Positions 22,068 through 32,106 of a stretch of DNA of 64,000 nucleotides are shown piece after piece (the stretch's first letter is position 1; each line of letters starts with the position of its first letter). The position numbers and the translations under genes were made by a program. The DNA comes from a virus. Location: positions 128,001-192,000 of the IMG/VR virus record IMGVR_UViG_3300045988_082442; one strand, written 5' to 3'. A model generated the notes under the pieces. It saw only the letters and a program-made list of their open reading frames with translations. It was not told where the DNA came from and ran no database searches.

Positions 22068-22976
22068 ATGAAAGAAAAGAAATTAGTGATTACGCCAGAA
22101 AAGTATAATTGGAGAGAGGAAGGATTTAACTTTACAAAGGTATTAAAATTAGAGTGTTTTAGAGAGGATAAACCTTTAATAATAGTAAAACAACCAAAGA
22201 CATGGGCAGGATTAGCAAGGGAAGTAATAAGAACATTTGACTATATAATAGAAGCAGAAGTTCAAAACAATCAAATGCTATTTATGGACAAGTTTAATGA
22301 AGCATTACATGGGGTAATAAAAGAATCAGGAGTAAGACCAAATACAAGTTTTTCAGAAGATTTATTTATATTTCCAACTAATGCAGAAATAAATACATCA
22401 AGAGGAATATATCCAGACCATTTACATAGTACAGTTTATATGAATAATGCAAATAGCTTATTAAAGATATTTGAAATACCAGATTCAACATTGTCAGCAT
22501 ATATAACAGCAGTATATAGTGGAGAAGTTGTGTGGGTTATAAATGCACTTATAAAAGCATTAGCTCAATATGATGTTAAAGTAGTAATAACATATATGGA
22601 TAGAGAAAAAGTAAACACAGAAAAACCAGTTCAAATGAGTATAGATGAGATAGAAACAAATAATGAGGAAAAAGTAGAAGATAAATCATTGAAAGAACAA
22701 CTAAATGATATAATAACAACACTAGAAATAGTAGCAGATGCATCTAGTGAAAAACTAAAAAGAACAGTAACATCAGCTAATGAGATAGACTTAGCAAATA
22801 GGGAGATGAGATTAGCATTAAGCCATCCAGAAGAAACAGACAATGAACTATTAAATGAGTATCAAAAATCAATAGATGAGGGAAGTATATCAATGTTAGA
22901 AAATATGGCATATTTAAGGGCATCAATATATTGTATTAAGACTAATTTAAACAATATAAAAGAACTTCTTTCTTAA
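22068..22976 (+). CDS. hypothetical protein
   Basis: ORF track; AGGAGG RBS. Confidence 0.7.
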   Translation: MKEKKLVITPEKYNWREEGFNFTKVLKLECFREDKPLIIVKQPKTWAGLAREVIRTFDYIIEAEVQNNQMLFMDKFNEALHGVIKESGVRPNTSFSEDLFIFPTNAEINTSRGIYPDHLHSTVYMNNANSLLKIFEIPDSTLSAYITAVYSGEVVWVINALIKALAQYDVKVVITYMDREKVNTEKPVQMSIDEIETNNEEKVEDKSLKEQLNDIITTLEIVADASSEKLKRTVTSANEIDLANREMRLALSHPEETDNELLNEYQKSIDEGSISMLENMAYLRASIYCIKTNLNNIKELLS

Positions 22977-22996
22977 TCATAGATAATATAAAGTTG

Positions 22997-23012
22997 GTAA
23001 AATATTAATGAG
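22997..23012 (+). promoter_or_regulatory. late-promoter-like motif GTAAAATATTAATGAG
   Basis: One of 10 copies. Here it is also the 5' arm of hairpin AAATATTAATGAGG..CCTCATTAATATTT. Confidence 0.5.
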
Positions 23013-23063
23013 GAATATGTAAAACCTCATTAATATTTTTTATTTTGTAAAGGAGAGTGTAGA

Positions 23064-26000
23064 ATGGCATCAGTTACAACACCAACTATAAATAAGATAA
23101 TTAGATTAAAGAATTATGATTTACTAGGTACACAATGTAAGAAATACAATATGTATATGTGCCTAGATACACTTCAATTATGGTATGACGAATCTGATTC
23201 AAAGAGAGTATTATATGCCTATGTAGGGGTAGACACAGTAAATGATTTACAGAAAAATTTAATACCAGAATTAGGAACAACATATTACTGTTGGGAGAGT
23301 AATTCATTATGGTTATGGATGAACAGATGGATATGTTTATATACAGATGGTAAATACCCTAGTGCATATAGAACAGATAACGGTTATATAGAAGAAGTAT
23401 ATTTAAGTGATGACCAACCAACAATAGTAGATAATAATGGATTATTGAGAGATGGCTCTGTTGTTGTTAGGGATGCTAATAGAATAATCAAAGGTAGATT
23501 ATATATAAGTGATAGCATGGATAATCTAGTTATATCATCATATTTAGGTGGTGGTGTAAGAATACTTCCAAATGGTGCATTCTCAAGTGATGGGGAATTA
23601 TACATAGATGATGATGCTAGAGCATATATTAGGGGAGAATGGAATGTAAGAAACCATGAAATTTATGTAGACTATACAGAAAAGCCAAATGAGGATAAAA
23701 ATGAATATAGAGATAGTACACATAGATATAGAGTATGGCATGAAGGAAACCTAAAATTATCTAGCTTTGATTTAACAGGAGAGAATATTTATAATAAGAT
23801 TATAGATGCACAAAAGAATGGAACATTACCAGACCCATTAGTATTAAATGTAGATAGATTAAATGGATTACATTCAACAGATTTTGCATTGAAGAGTCAT
23901 GTGCATACAACTAGCGAAATATCAGACTTTAAGGAAGCAACAGAAGCAGCAGCAGAAGCAGTATTAAAGAATAGATTAACAAATATGATATTCAAAGGTG
24001 CAAAAATAACATGGGTAGAAGCATCAAAGAAGTTTATGTTAAGTACAGATAACTTCATATTAACATTAACAGGTGGAGTTACAGGACAAGGTACTGTTAC
24101 AAATAATACAAATACAACAATAGCAGTAACAGTAGACCCAAATAAACATAAGCACAAAGATATAACTGATAGATTAGATAAATTAGAAAAAGGTGGAGGA
24201 GCAGACTTATCAAACTACTATAATAAACAAGAGGTAGATAAAAATATAAGTGATATGTTCTCAGCAACACCAATACAAGGAAAAGCATTATTAGTAGATA
24301 AAAATAAGAATTTACCAGGAAATGCTTTAACAGCAAGTGATTTAGACCATGATACGGAATTAGAATTAGATGGAGATATAACAGGAGCAGTTACATTTGG
24401 TTATGATTTAACTAGATTAACATTAACAACAGATGCATCAAAAATAGTATCAGATACAGCAACAGCAGGAAAAGCATTAAAATTAGATAGTAATGCAGAA
24501 TTACCAGCAACCTCATATAAAGCGAAACAATTAGACCATGATATAGAATTTAATATAGCAGGAGCAGTAACTGGAAGAGCAACATTAGATACATCTCAAT
24601 CATCATTTACAATAAATACAACAATACCAGCAGGCTCAAAGATACTAACAAAAGATGATTTAGGTGTAACAGTAGCATCATTAGGAAGTGATGGAAAAGT
24701 ATTAAGTTCACAATTACCAGATACAGCAATAGGTGGTATGAAAATAGTAGATACATGGTCAGGAGGAATAGCACCAAGTACAAAGCCAGGAGAAGGTAAT
24801 GTATGGTATGTAGATACAGACTGCACATTTAATGGAAAGAGCTATAAAGCAGGGGACTGGATTTATTATCATAATTCAAGTTGGAATAGAGCAGACTTAG
24901 GAGTAAGTGTTAAATCTGTAAATGGAAAATCAGGAGAAAGTATTACACTAACACCAGCAGATGTAAAAGCAATATCAGAAGATTATATAGACTATACAAT
25001 AGGTGCAGATATACCACAAAATAAAATAGTAGTCACAGATAAAGATAGGCATATAGCAGGAGCAACAGTTGATAAATTAACAAAAGAATTTTCAATAGGA
25101 AGTACTAATGGGGATGTTTCAATAAGTGCAACAAAGAGTACAAATTTAAAAACAGATGGCTCAAAGAACTTAAATTTAACAATGGAAATAACACAGGATG
25201 GATATGATAACATAGCAAAAAATGTTAGAAGAGATATAAAAAACAATAATTCAAATGTACCATTTAGAAAGAATTTGAACTTTGTTGACTTTGCCATAGC
25301 AGATGATAGTGGAACGAATACAGTTACAATTAAACCTGATTATACTAATGTTGATGAAATATTATATTTTAATGGAACGCTTACAGATGATTTTAAGAAA
25401 AGATTAACTAATAACTATTATAATAAAAATGACAGACCTTTTTATATAGCATATAGAGATGCTAACAATAGAATACAATTAGTTGGAATAAATGGAAGTA
25501 TTGCAGACGCAGCAGATAATACAACTATTTCTATACCAACAGGAGAATACTCTACAGTATTAGAAAGTAATAAAGTTATAACTAAAGTAGCAACAGCTAA
25601 TATAACATTTGATTCTGGTGGGAATATATCTAATTTTACAATAACAAGAACTAATTCAACAGAGGCATTACCAATATCTGGTGGTACATTAACAGGAAAT
25701 ATAACATTATCAAAATCATCAGGAGATGTAAGTTATTATGCCAAAAGAAGTGATACAGGAACTCAAGTTTGGATGGGTATAGGTTCAGGTGGTGTTAATC
25801 ATGGATTATACTCTAATAAGTTAAATAAATGGATGGTATATGCAGATGCAACAAATGTTTATCTAAATGGAAATGCCACATCAGCAACAAAAGCAACTCA
25901 AGATAGTGATGGAAATGCAATAAATACAACATATTTGAAAAAGTCAGGTGGCACAATGACAGGTACTATTACAACAAGAGCACTAACACCATCAGCAAAC

Positions 26001-26159
26001 AATACTTATAGTGTAGGAACAAGTAGTGCGAGATATAGTAATGGTTACTTTACAAATACAAATACAACAAATCTAATTGTAAATGGAAGAAAAGTATTTC
26101 TACAAAGTGGTACACCATCAGGAGCATCAAATGGTGATATATGGATAGTAACAAAGTAG
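23064..26159 (+). CDS. tail fibre protein
   Basis: 1031 aa, T/N/G-rich. GGT(L/M)TG(N/T)IT repeats near the C-terminus are typical of phage fibres. Confidence 0.7.
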   Translation: MASVTTPTINKIIRLKNYDLLGTQCKKYNMYMCLDTLQLWYDESDSKRVLYAYVGVDTVNDLQKNLIPELGTTYYCWESNSLWLWMNRWICLYTDGKYPSAYRTDNGYIEEVYLSDDQPTIVDNNGLLRDGSVVVRDANRIIKGRLYISDSMDNLVISSYLGGGVRILPNGAFSSDGELYIDDDARAYIRGEWNVRNHEIYVDYTEKPNEDKNEYRDSTHRYRVWHEGNLKLSSFDLTGENIYNKIIDAQKNGTLPDPLVLNVDRLNGLHSTDFALKSHVHTTSEISDFKEATEAAAEAVLKNRLTNMIFKGAKITWVEASKKFMLSTDNFILTLTGGVTGQGTVTNNTNTTIAVTVDPNKHKHKDITDRLDKLEKGGGADLSNYYNKQEVDKNISDMFSATPIQGKALLVDKNKNLPGNALTASDLDHDTELELDGDITGAVTFGYDLTRLTLTTDASKIVSDTATAGKALKLDSNAELPATSYKAKQLDHDIEFNIAGAVTGRATLDTSQSSFTINTTIPAGSKILTKDDLGVTVASLGSDGKVLSSQLPDTAIGGMKIVDTWSGGIAPSTKPGEGNVWYVDTDCTFNGKSYKAGDWIYYHNSSWNRADLGVSVKSVNGKSGESITLTPADVKAISEDYIDYTIGADIPQNKIVVTDKDRHIAGATVDKLTKEFSIGSTNGDVSISATKSTNLKTDGSKNLNLTMEITQDGYDNIAKNVRRDIKNNNSNVPFRKNLNFVDFAIADDSGTNTVTIKPDYTNVDEILYFNGTLTDDFKKRLTNNYYNKNDRPFYIAYRDANNRIQLVGINGSIADAADNTTISIPTGEYSTVLESNKVITKVATANITFDSGGNISNFTITRTNSTEALPISGGTLTGNITLSKSSGDVSYYAKRSDTGTQVWMGIGSGGVNHGLYSNKLNKWMVYADATNVYLNGNATSATKATQDSDGNAINTTYLKKSGGTMTGTITTRALTPSANNTYSVGTSSARYSNGYFTNTNTTNLIVNGRKVFLQSGTPSGASNGDIWIVTK

Positions 26160-26172
26160 GAGGTAGGTAAAT

Positions 26173-26928
26173 ATGGCTTTACAAGAAGTAACTACATTTG
26201 GAGCAACAGGTTATACACCTTATCATAATCATGCATCTACAACTACCTATGATGTACAAAGTAATTTAAGGGTTAGAAATGGACCAGGAGTTAATTACAC
26301 ACAATTATATTACAGATACCCAGGAGATTGGTGGACAGTTGCAGAAAACTATAATGGATGGTGTAGGGTACCAAATGCAAATGAATGGACATCTAATTCA
26401 TATATGAGTAACCCAAACCCATCTCAGCCAACACCAGGTGAGTTTAGAGTAAATTCATTTAAAGTAACAGCAACCAGAGAAACTGCAAGTACAAAGCAAA
26501 TATCTGTAAAGTATGAATGGTGGTGGAATAATGTAGGTGGTACAACAGAAACTTATTATCATTGGAGAGTATATTGCTTTGCACGTAAAAATGGTGGTGA
26601 GGCACAGTATAATATTCACGGAGATACACAAAGCATAGGTAGAGATGGTAGTGGTTATTTTACAGAAACATGGACAATGGACGAAACATCTGGAAATACT
26701 ACATTACACTTTGGTAATTATGGTGTATGGTACACAAGTTATGGTGGTTATTGGAATCCTGGGGGTGGTGTAGGAAATAGCTTTACATTTAATATACCAA
26801 AGTACCAACCAAGCCCAGTAAGACAATTAGTAAATGGTACCTGGGAAACAATACCTATTAGACATACATCAGATAATTCAAATGTAGTAATAAAACAATT
26901 CAATGGTTCAAGTTGGATAGATTTATAG
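26173..26928 (+). CDS. SH3b-like domain protein (fibre/adhesion associated)
   Basis: LRVRNGPGVNYTQ...GDWWTVAENYNGWCRV resembles a bacterial SH3 domain. Confidence 0.5.
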   Translation: MALQEVTTFGATGYTPYHNHASTTTYDVQSNLRVRNGPGVNYTQLYYRYPGDWWTVAENYNGWCRVPNANEWTSNSYMSNPNPSQPTPGEFRVNSFKVTATRETASTKQISVKYEWWWNNVGGTTETYYHWRVYCFARKNGGEAQYNIHGDTQSIGRDGSGYFTETWTMDETSGNTTLHFGNYGVWYTSYGGYWNPGGGVGNSFTFNIPKYQPSPVRQLVNGTWETIPIRHTSDNSNVVIKQFNGSSWIDL

Positions 26929-26936
26929 AATATGAA

Positions 26937-26967
26937 AAAGACTACAAATAATGTAGTCTTTATTTTT
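26937..26967 (+). terminator. intrinsic terminator
   Basis: AAAGACTACA-AATAA-TGTAGTCTTT followed by ATTTTT. Confidence 0.75.
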
Positions 26968-26968
26968 A

Positions 26969-26984
26969 GTAAAATATTAATGAG
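26969..26984 (+). promoter_or_regulatory. late-promoter-like motif
   Basis: GTAAAATATTAATGAG, 30 nt upstream of the ATG at 27014. Confidence 0.5.
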
Positions 26985-27013
26985 TAATAAGTATTATAGA
27001 AAGGAGATTATAT

Positions 27014-29218
27014 ATGGCAGATGTTTGGTGTGATAATGGTTGGCATACTGGTGGAGCACCTAGAAGAAAAGTATCTGGAACTTTAAGTGCTAATTATTCA
27101 GGTTTAACCATAAGTGCTTCTTTTAGTGGAAATCAAGTATTAACTGCTTCAGGTTTCTCTTCAATGTCAGATACAGCAAGACTTTACATAGATGGTAATC
27201 AGGTTGGCAGTACAACAGTTGCAATGACTGGTGGTGGAATATCTATGTCAGGTTCTTTAAATGTAGGTGCTGGAAATCATACAATTTCAGTAACTATGGA
27301 ATGTCCTGATGTTACAAATGGAAGACATTGTTCTGCCAGTCTAAGGGGACCTATAACTATTGGTTCATTAACATTATATGTACCAGACCCATATTCTCCC
27401 CCTTCTTATGATATATGGAGTGCTACCCAAATTGTAAAGGTTGATAGGGATAAAGTAGATGTAAACTATAAAATAGATGGTGGTACAAATGGACTTGATT
27501 GGGTTATTGCAAGAGTAGACGGTGTAAAGGATTTTAATGCAAGTAAAAATAAAGGTGGTTCTTTATGGACATCTTTCTACCCAACATGGGGTGATGGCTT
27601 TAGACATGGAAGCTCTTATAATGTTAGAATAAGATTTAGCGATAATCATGCAGAATATCAAACAGGACATAAGACCTTTTATACATATCAAGAACCTAAA
27701 CTTACAGGAGTATCTGTAAGTCCATCATCTGCAAATGCACAAAACCAATCTATAACATTTACACAATCAGGAATAAACGATAGAGCTTGGTCAACATTAG
27801 AACAAAAATTCTATACATTAGCACATTGTACAGCTGGTGGTTCAAATGTAGGTAATGGATGGACACAAGTAGGTACAGTGGGAAACAATGCTTCATTTAC
27901 ATTAAACGGAGCATCATTAAGGGGATTTGTACCAAAGGCTTATGATAATCAAACAGTAACAATGCATGTTAAAAGAAGGAACAGTTCAGCAAACTGGGAA
28001 AGTGCAGAGCAAACTTGCACATTTAAAGTTATATATAGACCTCAAAAAGGTGTAACCTGTGCTAATACATCATACAAGAAGAATAACTCATTTGGTGCTG
28101 CAGTAGGTAAGGGGGCATTAGTAATAAATGATAATACTACAACTGGAATACATATATCTTGGAATTATGATACAACAACATCTGATGCAGGATATACACA
28201 GGGTTATAGAATAAGATTATATAATACATCTAAAGTAGTAGTAAAAACATATTATACATCTAGCAAGAACTATACAATACCTAAAGCAGATATACCTAAA
28301 ATGCAGAATACTTATATAGATATAACTCCATATTTTGCAAATGACCAAAGTAGTGTTGCTTCATCAGCTGTTGCAGGAAATTATTGGTATTTTGCAAACC
28401 CAGTTAAATGTGATTTTGTAGTGTTGGCTACTAAATTGAGCAAACCAACAATAACATACCCAGTAGAAGGAAGTGAGTGGATAAATACAAAATTTAGAGT
28501 TTGTTTCCAATTACCATCAGATGGAGATAAGGGTGCAGAACTAGAAACATATCATTATGAGGATATAGAGGTAAGTGTAAATGGAAAAGTATTTAGAATG
28601 ACATCAAATCCAGAAGGTTTAACATCTGGTGGAGTTCAAGCAGCTGGAGCATTTAGTTCAACAGCATCAAATTTAACATATACAAAAAAGATAGTTGTTG
28701 CACCATTTAAAGCATCTAATTTCCCTACAGCATCAACATATCAAATAAGGGTAAGAGTTAAAAAGAAATATACAACAGTAAAGAATAACTGGAGCCCATG
28801 GAGTGATGTTAGAACATTTAGAGTAAAGACAGCTACATTTACACCAGCAGTAGGAGATATAATTTATGCTTCCCACTATAATGATTCTAAAAAGGTTATA
28901 GATAGGGTAAGAAAAACATATAGTGTAGCTTGGAATACAAAACCATCAGATGTAGCAAGAGGAACAGAGATATTAAGAACACAATATCCATATACAAATT
29001 TATATAGTATTATTGTTGATACTAAAAAGAAAGTAAATAACTATGCAACATTTGATTCTTCTCAAACATCTGTAAAATTTGATAGCACAAATGCAATACA
29101 AGAAAACTTTACACAATATGTTGAATTGGTAACAGCAGCGAGTAATGAAAGCAAGTCTGATGCAAGTGGTAGAAACTATATGAGAATAGTTTACGATAGA
29201 TGCAACAAGTTAATTTAG
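27014..29218 (+). CDS. tail/receptor-binding structural protein
   Basis: 734 aa, beta-rich S/T/N/G composition, located in the fibre cluster. Confidence 0.5.
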   Translation: MADVWCDNGWHTGGAPRRKVSGTLSANYSGLTISASFSGNQVLTASGFSSMSDTARLYIDGNQVGSTTVAMTGGGISMSGSLNVGAGNHTISVTMECPDVTNGRHCSASLRGPITIGSLTLYVPDPYSPPSYDIWSATQIVKVDRDKVDVNYKIDGGTNGLDWVIARVDGVKDFNASKNKGGSLWTSFYPTWGDGFRHGSSYNVRIRFSDNHAEYQTGHKTFYTYQEPKLTGVSVSPSSANAQNQSITFTQSGINDRAWSTLEQKFYTLAHCTAGGSNVGNGWTQVGTVGNNASFTLNGASLRGFVPKAYDNQTVTMHVKRRNSSANWESAEQTCTFKVIYRPQKGVTCANTSYKKNNSFGAAVGKGALVINDNTTTGIHISWNYDTTTSDAGYTQGYRIRLYNTSKVVVKTYYTSSKNYTIPKADIPKMQNTYIDITPYFANDQSSVASSAVAGNYWYFANPVKCDFVVLATKLSKPTITYPVEGSEWINTKFRVCFQLPSDGDKGAELETYHYEDIEVSVNGKVFRMTSNPEGLTSGGVQAAGAFSSTASNLTYTKKIVVAPFKASNFPTASTYQIRVRVKKKYTTVKNNWSPWSDVRTFRVKTATFTPAVGDIIYASHYNDSKKVIDRVRKTYSVAWNTKPSDVARGTEILRTQYPYTNLYSIIVDTKKKVNNYATFDSSQTSVKFDSTNAIQENFTQYVELVTAASNESKSDASGRNYMRIVYDRCNKLI

Positions 29219-29233
29219 TAAAATATTAATGAA
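29218..29233 (+). promoter_or_regulatory. late-promoter-like motif (variant GTAAAATATTAATGAA)
   Basis: Overlaps the stop codon of the upstream gene. Confidence 0.45.
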
Positions 29234-29260
29234 TGAAATTTTAATAAAGGAGAGGTTGAA

Positions 29261-30301
29261 ATGATAAAAGATTATAGTAAAGTACCTCGTACATTTAGTG
29301 TTACAAATAACACAGGAGCAGACAAGGAGATAGATTTAAGATTTATCAAATTAGTAGTTAAAAATGAAGAAACAATATCTGTAAAAGTAGAGGTAAGCGA
29401 ACACCTTGCATTATTTACAGCAAGAGCAAATGAATTAGGTTTAGAGTTAGGAGAACCAGCAACAGAAGTAACTGATGAAGCTTCTATGAAAGAAGCATTA
29501 GTAGATGAAAATGTTAAAGAAGTTGTATTGTCAGCAGATTTAGAATTAGCAGAAGCATTAGTACCTACACATGATATAACAATAGATGGTAATGGAAAAA
29601 CAATAACATCTACTAAAAGAATCGCAAATGCTGAAGGTGTTACAGTTGAATTAAAAAATGTTAATGTAAATGTTACAGAAGACACAGCAGTTAGAGCATC
29701 AAAAGGTGGAAAAGTAATTATAGGAAGTGATGCTAAAATAACTAACACAAAAGGTTGGGGTGTAACAGCATTTGAAGAAGGAACAACAGTAGAAATAAAT
29801 GGAACTATTGAAACTGGTTCAGAACCTTGTATTGCAGGAAATGGTTCAGCAGGTAAAGGAAATACAAATATAGTAATAAATGAAGGAGCTAAATTAGTGT
29901 CTGATGATATAACTATATTCATACCACAAGACGGAACAGTTACAATCAATGGTGGTGAAATAGTAGGTAAAACTGCAATAGGTATAAAAGCAGGTACACT
30001 TAACATAAATGGTGGTACATTGACAGCAAATGGTGAAAAAGTAGAAACACCAAAAGCAAATAACAATGGTATGGCTGCTTGGGGAGATACAATAGCAATA
30101 GAAGTAAATAAAGGATATGCTGGTGGAAAAACAGATAAGAACATCAAAGTAAATGTATCAGACAAAGCAGTATTAACTTCAGCAAACGCAGAAGTAATAA
30201 GAGAATTCAACCCACTAAAAGAAACAATATCAACAGAAGTAACAGGTGCTTATGCAAATAAAGAAGAAGTTGCAGAAAACATATTTGTATATACAAAATA
30301 A
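29261..30301 (+). CDS. beta-helix-like structural protein
   Basis: Repeated (I/V)NGG / GxG turns with short beta strands; located in the fibre cluster. Confidence 0.45.
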   Translation: MIKDYSKVPRTFSVTNNTGADKEIDLRFIKLVVKNEETISVKVEVSEHLALFTARANELGLELGEPATEVTDEASMKEALVDENVKEVVLSADLELAEALVPTHDITIDGNGKTITSTKRIANAEGVTVELKNVNVNVTEDTAVRASKGGKVIIGSDAKITNTKGWGVTAFEEGTTVEINGTIETGSEPCIAGNGSAGKGNTNIVINEGAKLVSDDITIFIPQDGTVTINGGEIVGKTAIGIKAGTLNINGGTLTANGEKVETPKANNNGMAAWGDTIAIEVNKGYAGGKTDKNIKVNVSDKAVLTSANAEVIREFNPLKETISTEVTGAYANKEEVAENIFVYTK

Positions 30302-30319
30302 TAATGAAATAGATATATG

Positions 30320-30354
30320 AACAAGGGATATGTAATAGTATCCCTTGTTTTATT
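30320..30354 (+). terminator. intrinsic terminator
   Basis: AACAAGGGATA..TATCCCTTGTT followed by TTATT. Confidence 0.7.
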
Positions 30355-30359
30355 ATTTG

Positions 30360-30375
30360 GTAAAATACTAATGTA
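30360..30375 (+). promoter_or_regulatory. late-promoter-like motif (variant GTAAAATACTAATGTA)
   Basis: Same position relative to the terminator as the other copies. Confidence 0.4.
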
Positions 30376-30402
30376 AAGGAAATTTAAGGAGGAGGTAATC
30401 AA

Positions 30403-30441
30403 ATGGCAAATTCAGTAGCATATTATGCTAAGATGTTGTAG
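30403..30441 (+). pseudogene. 12-codon remnant duplicating the 5' end of the fibre gene at 32107
   Basis: 30390-30427 equals 32094-32131 (38 bp, one mismatch), covering the RBS, ATG and first 8 codons (MANSVAYY versus MANPVAYY). Confidence 0.7.
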
Positions 30442-30457
30442 TAAGTAGGAGGAAGAG

Positions 30458-32026
30458 ATGGGTAATAATAGAGTAAAGCTAAATGACAAGATTTTGTCAG
30501 ATGAGGAGTTAAAGAACGAGATAATAAAATATTATATAAATAATAATCATACAATACAAGAAACAGCAGATTACTTTGACGTGAATATAACAACCATTAC
30601 TAGAAAGTTAAAGAAGTTCAAAATTAGAAAATCAAAAGAACTTATAGAAGAATCTAAAAAGATGAGAAATAGAGAAAAATATGGTGTAGATTACCCTCTA
30701 CAATTAGAAGAGACTACAAGGAAAAGGGAGCAAACCAATTTAGAGAAATATGGTTATAAAAATCAATTTCAAAGACCAGATATAATAGAAGATATACAAG
30801 ATGCTAGAAGTGAAAAGATGGACAAGATTGTATCTAAAACAAAAGATACTTGGAATAAAAGATACGGTGGGCATCCATTATCAAATAAAGGGGTACAGCT
30901 TAAAGCAAAACAAACTAACTTAAAAAGATATGGTGTAGAATATTCATCCCAAAATGATGATATAAAGAAGAGGAAGAAAATTTCCAGAATAAAATACTTT
31001 GAGGAAAATTCAGAAGAATATAATCTGTTAAGAGATAAAGAGAGATTTAAACAAATAGTATTAAGTATTCCTTACGAAGAAAGAACATCAACATCATGTG
31101 CAGAAAAAATGGGCATACATACAACTACATTTAATAAGTGGTTTAAGCTTCATAATCTTAAAGAAGAGATTTCAATGAACTTTCAAAGAAGTAGACAGGA
31201 ACAAGAAATAACAGAATATATAAAATCATTTTATACAGGTATTGTAATAAATAACTATAAGCTAGATATGGAACTAGACATTTATTTACCAGAATTAAAA
31301 TTAGGAATAGAGTTTAATGGAACATATTATCATGATGTGGAACATAAAGGAAAAGGTTACCATCAAGAGAAATCATTCTATTTTAAAGAAAAAGGAATAT
31401 TTGTATATCATATATATGAATGGGAATGGGAAGATGATATAAAAAGAGAAATAATAAAAAATAGTTTAAGAAGAATGATACTAAACGATAACAAAGTTAT
31501 CTATGCAAGAAAATGTGAACTTAAAGAAGTAGGTTCATCTGAATCATCTAAATTCTTAAATCAATATCATATACAAGGTAATGTAAATGCAACTATAAGA
31601 TATGGTTTATATTATGAAGATACCCTTGTAGAGATAATGACATTTTCAAAAGCAAGATATACAGACGGATATGAAATAATAAGATTGTGTTCTAAATCAG
31701 ATATAAATGTAGTAGGTGGAACAGAAAGATTATTTAAGCATTTTATAGAACAATATAATCCTAGTAGAATTATCTCATATTGTAACATAGATAAGTTTAA
31801 GGGAACAATATATGAGAAAGTAGGCATGAAGCTGGACAAGATAAATCCACCAAATTATAAATGGGTAAATTGTAATGATAATGATGTTAAGTCAAGATAC
31901 CAATGTCAAAAGCATCTAATAAGGGAAGATGAAAATGATACTAGAACTGAATCAGAAATTATGAAATCAAGAGGATATATAAAAGTAGAAGACGCTGGGA
32001 CTTATAGATTTATATTGGAGAGATAA
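30458..32026 (+). CDS. homing-endonuclease-like protein (HTH N-terminus, repeated KYG modules, Vsr/PD-(D/E)xK-like core)
   Basis: IQETADYFDVNITTITRKL. Four (K/R)YG(V/Y/G) repeats. LDIYLPELKLGIEFNGTYYHD resembles the Vsr-like nuclease core. It sits between duplicated gene starts. Confidence 0.55.
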   Translation: MGNNRVKLNDKILSDEELKNEIIKYYINNNHTIQETADYFDVNITTITRKLKKFKIRKSKELIEESKKMRNREKYGVDYPLQLEETTRKREQTNLEKYGYKNQFQRPDIIEDIQDARSEKMDKIVSKTKDTWNKRYGGHPLSNKGVQLKAKQTNLKRYGVEYSSQNDDIKKRKKISRIKYFEENSEEYNLLRDKERFKQIVLSIPYEERTSTSCAEKMGIHTTTFNKWFKLHNLKEEISMNFQRSRQEQEITEYIKSFYTGIVINNYKLDMELDIYLPELKLGIEFNGTYYHDVEHKGKGYHQEKSFYFKEKGIFVYHIYEWEWEDDIKREIIKNSLRRMILNDNKVIYARKCELKEVGSSESSKFLNQYHIQGNVNATIRYGLYYEDTLVEIMTFSKARYTDGYEIIRLCSKSDINVVGGTERLFKHFIEQYNPSRIISYCNIDKFKGTIYEKVGMKLDKINPPNYKWVNCNDNDVKSRYQCQKHLIREDENDTRTESEIMKSRGYIKVEDAGTYRFILER

Positions 32027-32046
32027 AAGTATCTCTCTTTATTTAT
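32018..32046 (+). terminator. hairpin overlapping the stop codon
   Basis: GAGAGAT-AAAAGT-ATCTCTC followed by TTTATTT. Confidence 0.55.
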
Positions 32047-32048
32047 TT

Positions 32049-32064
32049 GTAAAATATTAATGAG
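32049..32064 (+). promoter_or_regulatory. late-promoter-like motif
   Basis: GTAAAATATTAATGAG. Confidence 0.5.
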
Positions 32065-32106
32065 AGACATCAAGATAATAGATGTTATTATAAAGGAGGT
32101 AATCAA

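Noticed and set aside
29272-30210. 312-aa minus-strand ORF, fully antisense to the 346-aa + strand gene
   Set aside because: It is a shadow ORF inside a repetitive beta-helix-type gene. It has no RBS or promoter, every other gene nearby is on the + strand, and its composition is low-complexity. The same reasoning applies to 7861-8403(-), the other short antisense ORFs inside long + strand genes, and out-of-frame + strand entries such as 54843-55064 that lie inside the minus-strand gene.
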